Below are positions 27,001 through 37,020 of a DNA stretch of 64,000 bases, in pieces. The translations under genes were made by a program, and so were the position numbers. The DNA lies in NCBI GenBank assembly GCA_000165345.1, contig CM000436.1, positions 992,001-1,056,000 of the forward strand. The letters run 5' to 3'. The notes below the pieces were generated by a model. That model saw only the letters and a program-made list of their open reading frames with translations, was not told where the DNA came from and made no database searches. The first letter of the stretch is position 1, and every line of letters begins with the position of its first letter.

Positions 27001-28989
27001 TGTATTTCAATTATTGCAAGTTTATTATCTGATATAAAGACTGAAAGGTCTGTAAAGAAGAGGTTGAGAGATTTGGGTAAGATATCTAATGAAGAAGATG
27101 AAGAAGACCAAGAAGAAGAGAAGAATATGAGTCAAACAAAAATTAATTCTGATTTGATATTTGGAATTATTGGATTTCATAATATTTCCTTAGAAGAAAT
27201 TAATGAAGATGAATATAGTTTTGATTCAAATATTATATTAAAGGAATTACTTGAGCTTTTAGAGGAATCTCTTACTACAAAGGAAATTTTTAGTGATGGT
27301 CAAATTGATGAAATTCCCATTGAGATTCCCTCAAGCTTACCAATTACATTATTGGATGATAAAAATTATAAGTTGATTATGTCATCTTTGGGATTAAAGG
27401 ATCCAAGAAAAGATCAAAGTTTATGGATGATTCCAAAAGAATTAACTATAGAAGAATACAAAAAGAATATTGATTTGTTTAGAGAATATATAGAAAAGGA
27501 TATATTTGAATTAGAGGAAATAGCTTATAATAATAATGATAATCACACATATAATTCAAGCAATTCTAACTCTGGAGTTGAGAATTTAAAGTATTCAATT
27601 AAGAATTTGAAGAATACAATACAAGATTTTATAGAGGATTCTGAGTTATCAGGTGAAATTTCTAATATAATTGATCATGAAATTCCTATAGAAAATGGAC
27701 TATTACATTTGATTTCAAGTGAACTAAAAGTAATTATTGGAAAAAATAATAATGTTGATAATTGGGAAAGAACTGAGTTGGATGATTTATGTTTTTGTTT
27801 ATCTCAAGAAAGATTGAATATTTTGGGGATAAGAAAGGAGTTTGATAAGATCTATGAATCATTGACTATGTCAAAGTTATTACATTTTCTTGGTTTTAAA
27901 AAGACAAGGATTTCTAATGATGTTGACTTTTTAGTTCATTTAGATAGAGGAATAAGAAAGAAAGATTCTAATATATTTGAAGGAGGTGAAGAAAATAATA
28001 AGACTAGCTTATTTGATGATGATTTGGAAGATGATTTATTAGGAAATGATAATATGAATGATTCTTCAATAAAGGGTTGGATTCTTGACTTTGAGAAGAT
28101 TAAACTTAATGAGTTTAAAGAGAGAAGTAAGATATTCCAAGAATTAGTGATTGGAATGACTGATATAAAGTTAAACATAGGAAAAGATTTGAGTAGGAAT
28201 AATACTTTTTCAAAAGAGACCATTTCTAGAATTTGTTTGGGGATTTATAATTTCAGAAGAAATACTAAGGATTTGAAGATTTTACATCAGATTGTAACTG
28301 TTTTGGATAAGTATTTGTTTAAACAAGGAGATCAAGGTAATAGTGACTATTTGGTAGATATTTATGATAATAATGATTTAATTAGTATTGATGAGTATAC
28401 TATTCAAATAATGGAATCTTTGAATTGTCAAAAAGACGAAAACAATAATTGGTCTATTAAAAGCTTTATTGAATCTTACACTTACGAAAGAATCAAAGAA
28501 TTAAGAGATTTATTACTTAAACTTATTGATCTGGAAATTGTTGAATTAAAAAGATTCACAGAGAAAGTCACAGGAAAGAAACTTAAAGTTAATAAGGAAA
28601 ATATTAGATCAATGAACCAAAGCAATAAAAAAAGGAAAGCCAAGACCTTTATAGAAAAGAATGAGTTAGAGGAAGAAGAGGATGATGATGATGATAATGA
28701 TGATGTTGATAATGATGATGATGTGAAAGGTAAATTGGTCTCTGAAAAAATTATGGATGGAATTGAAGATGGAATTGAAGATGATATTATAGATGACATC
28801 ACAGATAAAATTGATGATAGTATTAACGCGTATATTATTGATGAGAGTGATGATAAATGGAAGAAAAACTGGGAAAACCTTGAGAAAAGAATGCTTAGTG
28901 TGGAAGATGAATGTTCATTAAGTGAATTAGATGAAGATATTGGTAAGATTGATCAAATACCAGATAATTTATTTGGAGAGGATGATTAA
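24091..28989 (+). CDS. Timeless/Tof1/Swi1-family replication-fork-protection protein (about 1630 aa) with a long acidic, low-complexity C-terminal region.
   Basis: The Timeless middle region is conserved: HVIHQFWEVAKVNQFVFMELLFSKNSARG matches human TIMELESS [28 protein letters not shown]. The downstream DDEELLSLYAQYEENP segment matches the SPEEEAHLRELY region. The first in-frame ATG is 24091, in an A-rich context; 24067 is TTG. Confidence 0.7.
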   Translation: MEESYTKDKESIANELLHYINSLIEPLADESVDISKVNLDNVQNELNFGGRKSISKIEKSNGSKQAWVVGVDAIDDLRDIIKLLKREIEGGADSERYAVTMLCEWNVVNTKLIPLWNISIDNIEIQSLIIQVLFWLTIPPDESWRSFRSKTMKCRAYLKNMQKVKFSLCSISFWREIVTLYKKLKEVIQSHGFLKEDHEDLRNREEQIAFLKEQDKEQEEETTKEVHENESRDFAEENEEVDENNRNKMKRLERLEIIRNLRDEIIMINERAEKRCKQFKSRIGMIKGLLIQTLKIQDQVVTESLANFGVRSVHLLLVSKLVQSGILEIVQDDSESLLNDQRNFCSIDGSDAAAPWRILEYIYGLVCNIQPIDFVNELFGTKKKLTENEILKNSLLEKMKMIKKSSSSGFTSNSLMNRHSRFNPELARRRIKENNGGTTGQVVNSKRVSSQRVSKYRHDFDVDEIFEYIDIFIGAMQSAGGNIHCLEMYGYPTIEGTIASIDGVQSQCYDEIVQTLGEFLENFFKSKLPILIEKIFLMLRNGSEKHTLWDISRLISLMTWVLAYKRTVFFEVTKSEKDKQVIKEELTRLLMETKYLLDTKENMAIDFIYSTIKLHAREKLLKNKSHKVARIAIRCLNEQLKIIHLVSNSEEEAIRDLGVSLIAFIIRLDVMNCLSWILKHYTKTSHHPELFLYSIEVSNRLIKLFSKLGGETLVNTRRRRRDKPTNMKDFNDEDYDQDEELSGFSEIYYNEKTKLMSLDEMMGDYCDGRIVSNLMLIVNNYSTNHSNINWHTARLARKIITTRPPGEVSKVGEDGREEPFMQLFCGLFFQLSYFITFAQILSDKSFLNHSKTDKGAQDIILLSRHVIHQFWEVAKVNQFVFMELLFSKNSARGLGLADPERLKSIFTDYEEGIDAAIVNRMETTGNDDVFEARSFVKNKINKEKQSASNWTKEDDEELLSLYAQYEENPKCISIIASLLSDIKTERSVKKRLRDLGKISNEEDEEDQEEEKNMSQTKINSDLIFGIIGFHNISLEEINEDEYSFDSNIILKELLELLEESLTTKEIFSDGQIDEIPIEIPSSLPITLLDDKNYKLIMSSLGLKDPRKDQSLWMIPKELTIEEYKKNIDLFREYIEKDIFELEEIAYNNNDNHTYNSSNSNSGVENLKYSIKNLKNTIQDFIEDSELSGEISNIIDHEIPIENGLLHLISSELKVIIGKNNNVDNWERTELDDLCFCLSQERLNILGIRKEFDKIYESLTMSKLLHFLGFKKTRISNDVDFLVHLDRGIRKKDSNIFEGGEENNKTSLFDDDLEDDLLGNDNMNDSSIKGWILDFEKIKLNEFKERSKIFQELVIGMTDIKLNIGKDLSRNNTFSKETISRICLGIYNFRRNTKDLKILHQIVTVLDKYLFKQGDQGNSDYLVDIYDNNDLISIDEYTIQIMESLNCQKDENNNWSIKSFIESYTYERIKELRDLLLKLIDLEIVELKRFTEKVTGKKLKVNKENIRSMNQSNKKRKAKTFIEKNELEEEEDDDDDNDDVDNDDDVKGKLVSEKIMDGIEDGIEDDIIDDITDKIDDSINAYIIDESDDKWKKNWENLEKRMLSVEDECSLSELDEDIGKIDQIPDNLFGEDD

Positions 28990-29049
28990 ATATGATAATT
29001 ATAGTGGACTAATGTCCAAATTAATAATAATAAAAAATATGAATTAAAG

Positions 29050-30777
29050 TTATGACAAGTTGGGGTGTTTTGGAGCATATAATTTAGATTTCTTCTTTGA
29101 GCTTGATCCAACAAATTTGATTTCTCCACTTTTTGTTTCCATAAAACCATCTGGAAGCTCCTCAATATTGTAAGTTTCAAGAGAAGCATTGGAGAATCCT
29201 TGAAATTGGTGTTTTCTTTTCTTTCCAAAAGCAGAAAGAACTCCATTATTACTTGGATTAATTTCAAGATTATCATCATAATAAGCAATAATACTTGAGT
29301 TATTGAGAGCAACAAATATTTGATTAATTTCGTGAGACCATTCAAATGTGGTAATTAACTGGTTATTTATATTAATAAGTTGTTTATGGTTTTTATTTTC
29401 AGCTGAACCAATTAATGAATTTATTTGAAATGAAACTAAAGAACTTTTAGTACGATTACTAATATTTCTATTTTTGGAGTTATTTGAAGTCATATCTTTA
29501 ATTAATGTTGAAGATGTTACGATACTTGTTCCACATTTAGAGAGAATCAGTTTTGAGTGTTCATTTCCATCACTTGGAAGATTTTTAATGGTTTTAAGAG
29601 GATTATTGGCTTTTCTGATATCCCAGATTTTGATAGATTTATCAATAACTCCTCTACTTGCTAAATAATGATCTTGATCTTGATTGTATTTAACAAAAGT
29701 GATATCAGAAATACTATTAATATTTGCATTTTTGTCAAAATGATGTGCATCTCTAATAATAATGGAAGGAGTTTCTGAATATAAATTACCACTTCTTGAG
29801 AATATTTGAATGGATCCATCAGTACAAGAAGCAGCAACCATTTCGCCTAATGAAGAAATACATAAAGAATTGGTTTGAATAGAAGAAATGTTTAGGTTTC
29901 TTTTATCTAAACATTTCATTACAAATGTACTAGGAATATATCCATCAACTCCAAATGGATCACTATTTAGATCAAAAAGACGAATAGTATTATCAATTGA
30001 GCAAGTAAAGAAACGATTATAGTTTATAGGATCCCATTTACAACTAACAATCATATGTGTATGACCAGGATTTGATTTAACAGACTTAACATATGGATCG
30101 CCTTGTACGGTACCGGTAATAAATTCGCCATTACTTTGAAATATTCTACAAATAGAATCACCACAGGCTGCAAGAAAAAGATTTCCATTTTCATTAAATT
30201 CAACTTTTTTTATGGAATGATTTTCTAATGGACAAATTACTTTATTTGGATTCATATCATTTTCATATAAATTATTGAAATCATATATTTCAATTTCTCC
30301 ATTAATCACTCCACAAATCATTCGATTACCTTTATTAGATACAGAAATGGATGTTACAGGTTTTATTTTATTATTTTCATCTATATTTTGATTTGAATCA
30401 TCTTCAGATTTTCTGAACTGAACATATTGAGCTACTGGGTATTCAATCATTGTATTTTTTATCACACTTTCCATTTGTTTCCGCAAGTTAATAATATTGG
30501 CTAAACTATTGATTCCATCTTCTTCATCGTCATTATTATTATTATTAATATTATTATCATTATCAGATTCATCTTTGGATCTTGTTTTAAGTTTTCCACG
30601 GCTTAAACTTTGCTCAATACTTTCATTAATTCTAGAATCTTTAAGATTTTGTGAATTTGATTCATCTGAAATATCTTTATTTGATTTATTATGTCGTTTT
30701 GAAATATATTTTTCATCATCTTCGCTCTGACTTGATGATGAATAGTCTACAAGGGAAATGCTTTTATTAGATTTCAT
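29050..30777 (-). CDS. WD40-repeat protein, WDR70-like.
   Basis: WD repeats (e.g. KSIKIWDIRKANNPLKTI). Blocks SCKWDPINYNRFFTCSIDNTIRLFDL, YLASRGVIDKSIKIWDIRKANNPL and FEWSHEINQIFVALNNSSIIAYYD parallel human WDR70 segments. It has an acidic, Asn-rich N-terminus. ATG at 30777. Confidence 0.65.
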   Translation of the reverse strand: MKSNKSISLVDYSSSSQSEDDEKYISKRHNKSNKDISDESNSQNLKDSRINESIEQSLSRGKLKTRSKDESDNDNNINNNNNDDEEDGINSLANIINLRKQMESVIKNTMIEYPVAQYVQFRKSEDDSNQNIDENNKIKPVTSISVSNKGNRMICGVINGEIEIYDFNNLYENDMNPNKVICPLENHSIKKVEFNENGNLFLAACGDSICRIFQSNGEFITGTVQGDPYVKSVKSNPGHTHMIVSCKWDPINYNRFFTCSIDNTIRLFDLNSDPFGVDGYIPSTFVMKCLDKRNLNISSIQTNSLCISSLGEMVAASCTDGSIQIFSRSGNLYSETPSIIIRDAHHFDKNANINSISDITFVKYNQDQDHYLASRGVIDKSIKIWDIRKANNPLKTIKNLPSDGNEHSKLILSKCGTSIVTSSTLIKDMTSNNSKNRNISNRTKSSLVSFQINSLIGSAENKNHKQLININNQLITTFEWSHEINQIFVALNNSSIIAYYDDNLEINPSNNGVLSAFGKKRKHQFQGFSNASLETYNIEELPDGFMETKSGEIKFVGSSSKKKSKLYAPKHPNLS

Positions 30778-31188
30778 ATAAATTCAATATAATTAATATT
30801 TATATAAACTTATTGATATATGTATATATATCAATGTAATTCTTACTATTTGTACTTGTATTTAGATTTTCTAATATTGTATATTGAAAGAATATTGAAT
30901 TAAAAATTATTTGTTATTAATATATTTTTTTTTTTAATTAAATTAGTTTCACTTATTCCCGGGTATAGCTAAAATATGAAAATTCTATTAATTCCCCATT
31001 ATTACCCAATAATTAATAAATTTGTAATCGAAAAAAAAAAATATATATATATATATATATACATATTTATATTTATATTTACATTCCCACAATTAATTTT
31101 AAAAAAGTTGGCAAAAAAAGTATATAACAAAATAATTAGCTCATAATACAAATATTTAAGCCATATTATTTAAATCAAATTACTTAAT

Positions 31189-32191
31189 ATGTCTGTATTA
31201 GTTACTGTTGGTACCACCAAATTTGATTTACTAATAAAACAAGTTGATAAAGTAGAATTTCTTGATCAATTTTAGAATTGGATATAATAATTTATGTATT
31301 CAATATGGGAGGTAATGTAAAATTTCAACGCCACGTGTTTTTATTATTTATTGCATGCATGCAATAACAATAAAAACACGTGTATATTACGTAATTGTTA
31401 TTTAAAAAAATAATAATTTTTTTTAGTGGNGAATATGTTCCAATACCAAGAAAAGTTAAACATAGTAAAATTTGTGATAATATTATTGGTAATAATAATG
31501 AGAAATTTCTTGAAATTAAAGCAATACCTTATATGAAAGAGATTATATATTTAAATTATGATCTTATAATAGGTCATGCAGGGGCTGGTACAATACTAAA
31601 TTCTTTAAGAANTAATGTAAGTTTTATTTATTGGATTATATTAATAATAGTCCAATTATATTAAGTTATTCAAGTTAAAAAAANNATTATTTGAAATAAT
31701 GAAATAATTAATTTATTACTATCTTAACAATAAACTTATTTAACTTAAATACTTAGAGAAAAATGATTGTTGTAATAAACAAATCTTTAATGGATAATCA
31801 TCAAGCTGAGTTAGCAACACAACTCGATAATAATAAATATCTTATTGCTATTGATAATGTTAATGATTTAATTAACACAGTAAGTTATCTTAATAATTAT
31901 TAAAAAAATCATTCTAATTTATTAAAAATATTAACAATTTTATTAATTCCTTAATTTCATATTAATTTATATAATATTTCAAACAAACATATAATTTCCA
32001 ATCATCAATTCATTCTTTTACTTATTTTGAAGATTAAAACTATTACATCTATTTCATTTTCATATGATATCCCTAATCAAGATCAAAATACTGTTTCAAC
32101 ATATCTTATTCCTTTTCCCAAAGCTAGTAATACACACTTTAAGGAAGAAATTAATAAATTACTTTCTAATAGAAATATTTGGAAAGATTAA
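31189..32191 (+). CDS. ALG13: ALG13 (UDP-GlcNAc transferase subunit) as a 4-exon gene: exon 1 31189..31316, exon 2 31427..31616, exon 3 31757..31879, exon 4 32033..32191. Exon 1 needs a 1-nt correction in a T-run near 31270-31275, and the ambiguous base at 31430 behaves as an inserted base.
   Basis: Exon 1 gives MSVLVTVGTTKFDLLIKQVDKVEFLDQF(frameshift)LELDIIIYVFNMGGN, matching the ALG13 N-terminus (FVTVGTT.FD.LI...EF.Q.L...G...L.IQ.G.N). Exon 2 gives EYVPIP...YDLIIGHAGAGTILNSLR, matching VISHAGAGS.LE.L. Exon 3 gives RKMIVVINKSLMDNHQAELATQL, matching KPLIVV.N..LMDNHQ.ELA. Introns 2 and 3 have GTAAGT donors at 31617 and 31880, and acceptors at 31755-56 and 32031-32. Stop TAA at 32189-91. Confidence 0.6.
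31332..31382. repeat. Perfect 14-bp inverted repeat CACGTGTTTTTATT / AATAAAAACACGTG flanking TGCATGCATGCA, inside the proposed ALG13 intron 1.
   Basis: Seen in sequence: 31332-31345 is the exact reverse complement of 31369-31382. The AP2-type TGCATGCA element sits at 31352-31363 between two CACGTG boxes. Confidence 0.8.
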
Positions 32192-32345
32192 ACTAAAAAA
32201 ATTAAAATGATAAAAATTATATACTTTACTATTGTTATTCATTAAATCTTTTTTCACTTTTTTTTAATTCTCCTTTAACATACCCATAAATATTTTTTAA
32301 AATTATTATTCTCAAGTAACTTATTTTCTTTTAATAATATGCACA

Positions 32346-32373
32346 TTCCCGCCGAAACGGGTACCGGCGCGCG
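32346..32373. promoter_or_regulatory. E2F-like element TTCCCGCCGAAACGGGTACCGGCGCGCG about 270 bp upstream of the tetraspan-membrane-protein gene.
   Basis: GC-rich island in an AT-rich intergenic region, with the GGTACC box adjacent as at other sites. Confidence 0.55.
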
Positions 32374-32640
32374 TCTTGTCTATGAAAAATAGCATGGAAT
32401 AAAAAATAATAAAAAGATTGTGAATGGATAAAAGTGGAAATACGTTATTGGGTTTAAAATAATAGTTTGTAAAAAAAGGATTCAAATTAAAAAATATAAG
32501 AATAACAGTAATAATAAAATATTAAGAATGTATTTTTTATTAATAATAAAAGGAAATTGAATACAAAATTAATTTAGAAAGAATTAAATAAATTGAATAA
32601 TTTAAACAATTAATTAATTGAAAAGAAATTTAATGTCAAA

Positions 32641-33477
32641 ATGACTGAAAGTAACAGATATAAACGTTTGAGAGTATTTACAGCAGCTTTTAGTATGATT
32701 GTTGCTGGAATATGGTGGATTTTGGCACTTTTTTCGAGATCGTATCATTATTTGATAATTTCCTTTCCCATAGGTAATTATCTTTCAATGGATATATCTT
32801 TATGGAATATTTGGGCATCTTCCGATTGTAATCCAACAATGTTTAATGGTAGATTAAATTTTGATTTTTGTAGATGGGTTATTTCAAATATAGATGGTAA
32901 TTCTATTGGTGAAGTTATGAGATTTCTATGTTTAAGAGGATATGGACTCACTTCAGAAGAATCAAATTGTACAACATTTTCTAATTTATATACAGCTTCA
33001 GCAGCAATGATTTCATCTATTATAATAATTGTTGTATTATTAATTTCAGCTCCTACTTGGCTATTAGTTTTATATTTTAGAGGATCAAAAAAGAAGATTA
33101 GGCCCATTGTACTTACTCAACTACTATTAGCATCTGCAGTTTCATTACTTTCTTTATTTCTCTATACTTCTATTGGTGGGTTTCAGGCTGAATTTAATGG
33201 TTTTAGTCATTCTATTAAAACTAATCGTCTTTCCTCTCTATTCTTCAATTCTTCTACTTTGAATTCAGGTTTTTATATTTCTATTGCTGCTTCAGCTTTA
33301 ACTATTTTCCTTATTCCATGGATCAGTTACATTATCAAAAATATTGAATCTGAAGAATTTGACTCCACTACTTATGTTTCAGCTCTTAAGCAAACTTACT
33401 ATAATTACAGATTGGAGGATGAAATTGCTGAAACTGAGAGATTAATACATAAACTAAGAACTGGTCCTATAATATAA
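32641..33477 (+). CDS. Hypothetical four-pass (tetraspan-like) membrane protein, 278 aa.
   Basis: ATG ORF with four hydrophobic segments (AAFSMIVAGIWWILALF; IIIIVVLLISAPTWLLVLYF; LLLASAVSLLSLFLYTSIGG; FYISIAASALTIFLIPWISYII) and a Cys-containing first extracellular loop. It has its own upstream GC element. Confidence 0.55.
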   Translation: MTESNRYKRLRVFTAAFSMIVAGIWWILALFSRSYHYLIISFPIGNYLSMDISLWNIWASSDCNPTMFNGRLNFDFCRWVISNIDGNSIGEVMRFLCLRGYGLTSEESNCTTFSNLYTASAAMISSIIIIVVLLISAPTWLLVLYFRGSKKKIRPIVLTQLLLASAVSLLSLFLYTSIGGFQAEFNGFSHSIKTNRLSSLFFNSSTLNSGFYISIAASALTIFLIPWISYIIKNIESEEFDSTTYVSALKQTYYNYRLEDEIAETERLIHKLRTGPII

Positions 33478-34003
33478 GAGACTACTAATTGTTTTTATAT
33501 TACTTAACTTTGTTTTGTTTATTAATAAATATTTAAATAAGATTGTGGACTAAGATTATTAAGATTATTATTTAAAAAAAAGATAAATTTCTATAGTTGA
33601 TAAAAGTAACGAGAAGATTGTAATCAAATATATACAATTATCCTAAAAATATTAACTTTAAGGCTTATAAATAATAATGCCTATTTAATATTAAGAACCG
33701 CATAAATTTCAATCTTATAAATTATTAAGCCTATAAGATATAAATTTATTAAGGCTTCAAAACTTATTAAATTCAAAGTATTATATTCTTTACATTTTTT
33801 TTTTTATAGATCAAGATTCTTTAATCCTGATCAAAAAATCACCTATATTTACTAATACCATTGGGTATATTGCTTTAGCTCCAATACTAATAAAATATTT
33901 TCTTTCTATTTGTTTTTTCAAAGAAAAAGTTCCTTTTCTTCAATCTCTCTGTTTTTCTTTTCAAATTTGATATTTAATAATCTTTTTTTGACCATTTAAA
34001 TAT

Positions 34004-34014
34004 TTTGGCGGGCT
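34004..34014. promoter_or_regulatory. E2F-like element TTTTGGCGGGC about 305 bp upstream of Prp43.
   Basis: GGCGGG core in the AT-rich region upstream of the gene. Confidence 0.5.
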
Positions 34015-34318
34015 TTTGACATTTATATTTAATAATATTAATAATAATAAACTGTAATTAGTTGAAAAAAATATATAAGAGAATTAAATACAAGTAGAAA
34101 AGAAGAATTGAATAGAGAAGAAGCCCTACAATCTATTCTTAGAGTCTTTTGAACAACTCTAAAGGCCTCCCTTTTTTTTAATACAATCAATTAGACTTGT
34201 TAAAAAATTTGAACTCTGTATATATTTAAGACTAATAGTATTAATTGATATCAATTAAGGAAAAAAAAATAGAGAAAGAGATAATAAATATAAAGATAGA
34301 TAAAGATTATAGATAGAA

Positions 34319-36463
34319 ATGGGGAGTGGAAGAAAAAGAATAAAAGTAGAAGAAAATGAGAAATCAATTGAAGTTGATAAAGAATTAAATCCATGGAACA
34401 ATGATAAACCATATTCAAATAAATATTATGAATTAAGAAAATTCAGAAAATCTCTTCCAGCTTGGTCAGAAAGAAAAACTTTCTGTAAATTAGTAAAAAA
34501 GAACCAAGTTGTGATTTTAGTTGGAGATACTGGTAGTGGAAAAACAACGCAATGCCCACAATTTATATTAGAATCTGGATTAGGAGGAAATTTAAAGATT
34601 GCATGTACTCAACCACGTAGAGTGGCGGCAATGAGTGTAGCTCAGAGAGTTTCAGAAGAAATGGATGTTTGTTTAGGTGATATTGTTGGATATACAATTA
34701 GATTTGAAGATAAGACAAATGAAAATACGAGACTTAAGTATGTAACAGATGGAATGTTACTTAGAGAAGCAATGTATGATAATGATTTATCTCAATATGG
34801 AGTAATTATTATTGATGAAGCACATGAGAGAACAATCTCAACAGATATTTTAATGGGATCGCTTAAAGAAATATTACTAAGAAGAAATTTTGAATCAAAA
34901 AATCCTTTAAGATTAGTAGTAATGAGTGCAACATTAGAATCAACAAAATTTCAAAGTTATTTTGGTAATGATTCACCAGTTTTTTCAATTCCAGGAAGAA
35001 TGTTCCCTGTTGAATTAATATATAATATAAAACCAGAAAAAGACTATTTAGAAGCATCAATACAAAAAGTACTTGATATACATGAGAATGAAGCACCAGG
35101 TGATATATTATTATTTTTAACAGGAGAAGAGGAAATAGAGCAGGCAAAACAACGTCTAGAATTTTTAAGTTCACCTTTAGAAGAACAATTTGGTGAATTA
35201 GTAATAATACCATTATATTCATCATTACCTCCATATAAACAACAGAAAATATTTGATAAAACTCCAGGACCAAAATATCCTGGTGGTCCTACAGGACGTA
35301 AAGTTGTAATAAGTACAAATATTGCAGAAACTAGTGTTACAATTGATGGAATAGTTTATGTAATAGATCCAGGATTTTCAAAACAAAAAGTATATAATCC
35401 CCGTACAAGAGTAGAATCATTACTCGTTTCACCAATATCAAAAGCTTCAGCAAAACAAAGAATGGGAAGAGCTGGTCGTACAAGAGAAGGTAAATGTTTT
35501 AGATTATATACTAAAGAAGCTTTTGAATCAGAATTGGCAGATCAAACACATCCTGAAATATTAAGAAGTAATTTAAGTAATGTTGTATTAATTTTAAAAA
35601 GTTTAGGTATTAATGATTTAGTTCATTTTGACTTTATGGATCCTCCAGCACCTGAAACTTTAATGAGAGCTCTTGAACAGCTTTATTTTTTAGAGGCAAT
35701 GGATGATGAAGGAGAACTAACTAAATTGGGAAAACTTATGACGGAATTTCCAATTGATCCTCAATTGGCTAGAATGTTAATAAAGTCATCAGAATTAGGA
35801 TGTGCTTCTCAGATATTATCTTTAGCAAGTTTATTAAATGTACCAAATATATTCTTAAGACCAAGAGATAAATCAAAAGAAGCTGATTATGCAAAATCTA
35901 GTTTTGTTGATCCAGATGGGGATCATTTAACTTTGTTATATGCATTTGAGTCTTTTAGAGAAGTATTATACAAGGATGAGAATAAAGCAAAAAAATTTGC
36001 AAAGGAGAATTTCTTGAATTATAGAGCACTAATTTCAGCAGAAAATGTAAGAAAACAGCTTGAAAGAACTTATCAAAAACATATACTTAATACAGGTAAT
36101 CATATTAATTCTGATAATGATCAAATTTCAGAATCAAAACTTAATATTTCTATTAGAAAAGCAATTACCCAGGGATTCTTCATGCAAGCAGCTTGTTTAC
36201 ATAGGTCTGGGCATTATACTACAGTTAGAGATAATCAAGTAGTACATCTTCATCCAAGTTGTGTTTTAAGTTCAAAACCAGAATGGGTATTATATAATGA
36301 GTTTGTTCTGACTTCTAGAAATTTTATCAGAACAGTAACTAAGATTAGAGGTGAATGGTTACTTGAGATTTCTCCAAAATACTATAATCTTGAAGATTTC
36401 CCGGAATGTGATTCTAAGAAGAAGCTTGCTCATCTTAATTATTTTTCTAATAAAAAATTCTAA
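34319..36463 (+). CDS. PRP43: DEAH-box RNA helicase Prp43/DHX15 (pre-mRNA splicing and ribosome biogenesis).
   Basis: Helicase motifs GDTGSGKTTQ (I), TQPRRVAA, DEAHER (II), SAT (III), TNIAETS (V) and QRMGRAGR (VI). The N-terminal NPWNNDKPYSNKYYELRKFRKSLPAW matches the Prp43 N-terminus. The 714-aa size fits. Confidence 0.9.
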   Translation: MGSGRKRIKVEENEKSIEVDKELNPWNNDKPYSNKYYELRKFRKSLPAWSERKTFCKLVKKNQVVILVGDTGSGKTTQCPQFILESGLGGNLKIACTQPRRVAAMSVAQRVSEEMDVCLGDIVGYTIRFEDKTNENTRLKYVTDGMLLREAMYDNDLSQYGVIIIDEAHERTISTDILMGSLKEILLRRNFESKNPLRLVVMSATLESTKFQSYFGNDSPVFSIPGRMFPVELIYNIKPEKDYLEASIQKVLDIHENEAPGDILLFLTGEEEIEQAKQRLEFLSSPLEEQFGELVIIPLYSSLPPYKQQKIFDKTPGPKYPGGPTGRKVVISTNIAETSVTIDGIVYVIDPGFSKQKVYNPRTRVESLLVSPISKASAKQRMGRAGRTREGKCFRLYTKEAFESELADQTHPEILRSNLSNVVLILKSLGINDLVHFDFMDPPAPETLMRALEQLYFLEAMDDEGELTKLGKLMTEFPIDPQLARMLIKSSELGCASQILSLASLLNVPNIFLRPRDKSKEADYAKSSFVDPDGDHLTLLYAFESFREVLYKDENKAKKFAKENFLNYRALISAENVRKQLERTYQKHILNTGNHINSDNDQISESKLNISIRKAITQGFFMQAACLHRSGHYTTVRDNQVVHLHPSCVLSSKPEWVLYNEFVLTSRNFIRTVTKIRGEWLLEISPKYYNLEDFPECDSKKKLAHLNYFSNKKF

Positions 36464-36614
36464 TGAACATGAATAAGTTATTTTTGTTATAAAATATTAC
36501 TAGAATTAAAAAGAATTGCCTTTTTCTCTTTATTTTAAATATATTGTTTAATATATTACGTGTCAATAATTTATTTATCACACATATTCATTAAAATAAT
36601 TATGCATCAATAGG

Positions 36615-37020
36615 TTTGGCGCTCTATAAGCATAATAATATATCATACCTTTTAATAGTTTTATTTTTTTCATTAAAACTTACTTCATTTTATTGTTTCA
36701 TCTTTTTTTCATTATTTCATTAATTCTTTCTTTCTCTCCTTAATATATATTAAAGAAAGATTAAATTTTCCTTCTACTATAATAAATATTTTTTATTTTT
36801 CAATCTATTCAAAATCTTTATCTACTAACACAACGCACTATTGCAATTAAAAAATATACATTTATAGAATACAACTGGTTTGGCGCCAAAGACTATTTGC
36901 ATTTCTTTTCCTCCAGTCTATTTTATACCTGTAACAATTCAATTAGAATATTTCCTTACATGCATGCAAGTATATGCATGCATTTATGTGGACCAAAAAA
37001 TACACGTGGGAGGGGCAGGG
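36615..37020. promoter_or_regulatory. Cluster of promoter-type elements in a convergent intergenic region: TTTGGCGC (36615), TTTGGCGCCAAA (36879-36890), two TGCATGCA boxes (36959-36985), CACGTG plus a G-rich box (37003-37020).
   Basis: Seen in sequence. The flanking genes end at 36463 (+) and 37493 (-), so neither promoter is expected here. Confidence 0.5.

Noticed and set aside
31395-31664. ORF 31395..31664 as an independent 89-aa gene.
   Set aside because: It is exon 2 of ALG13 read through an intron (TTG start, contains N). Only the EYVPIP...GHAGAGTILNSLR portion is coding.
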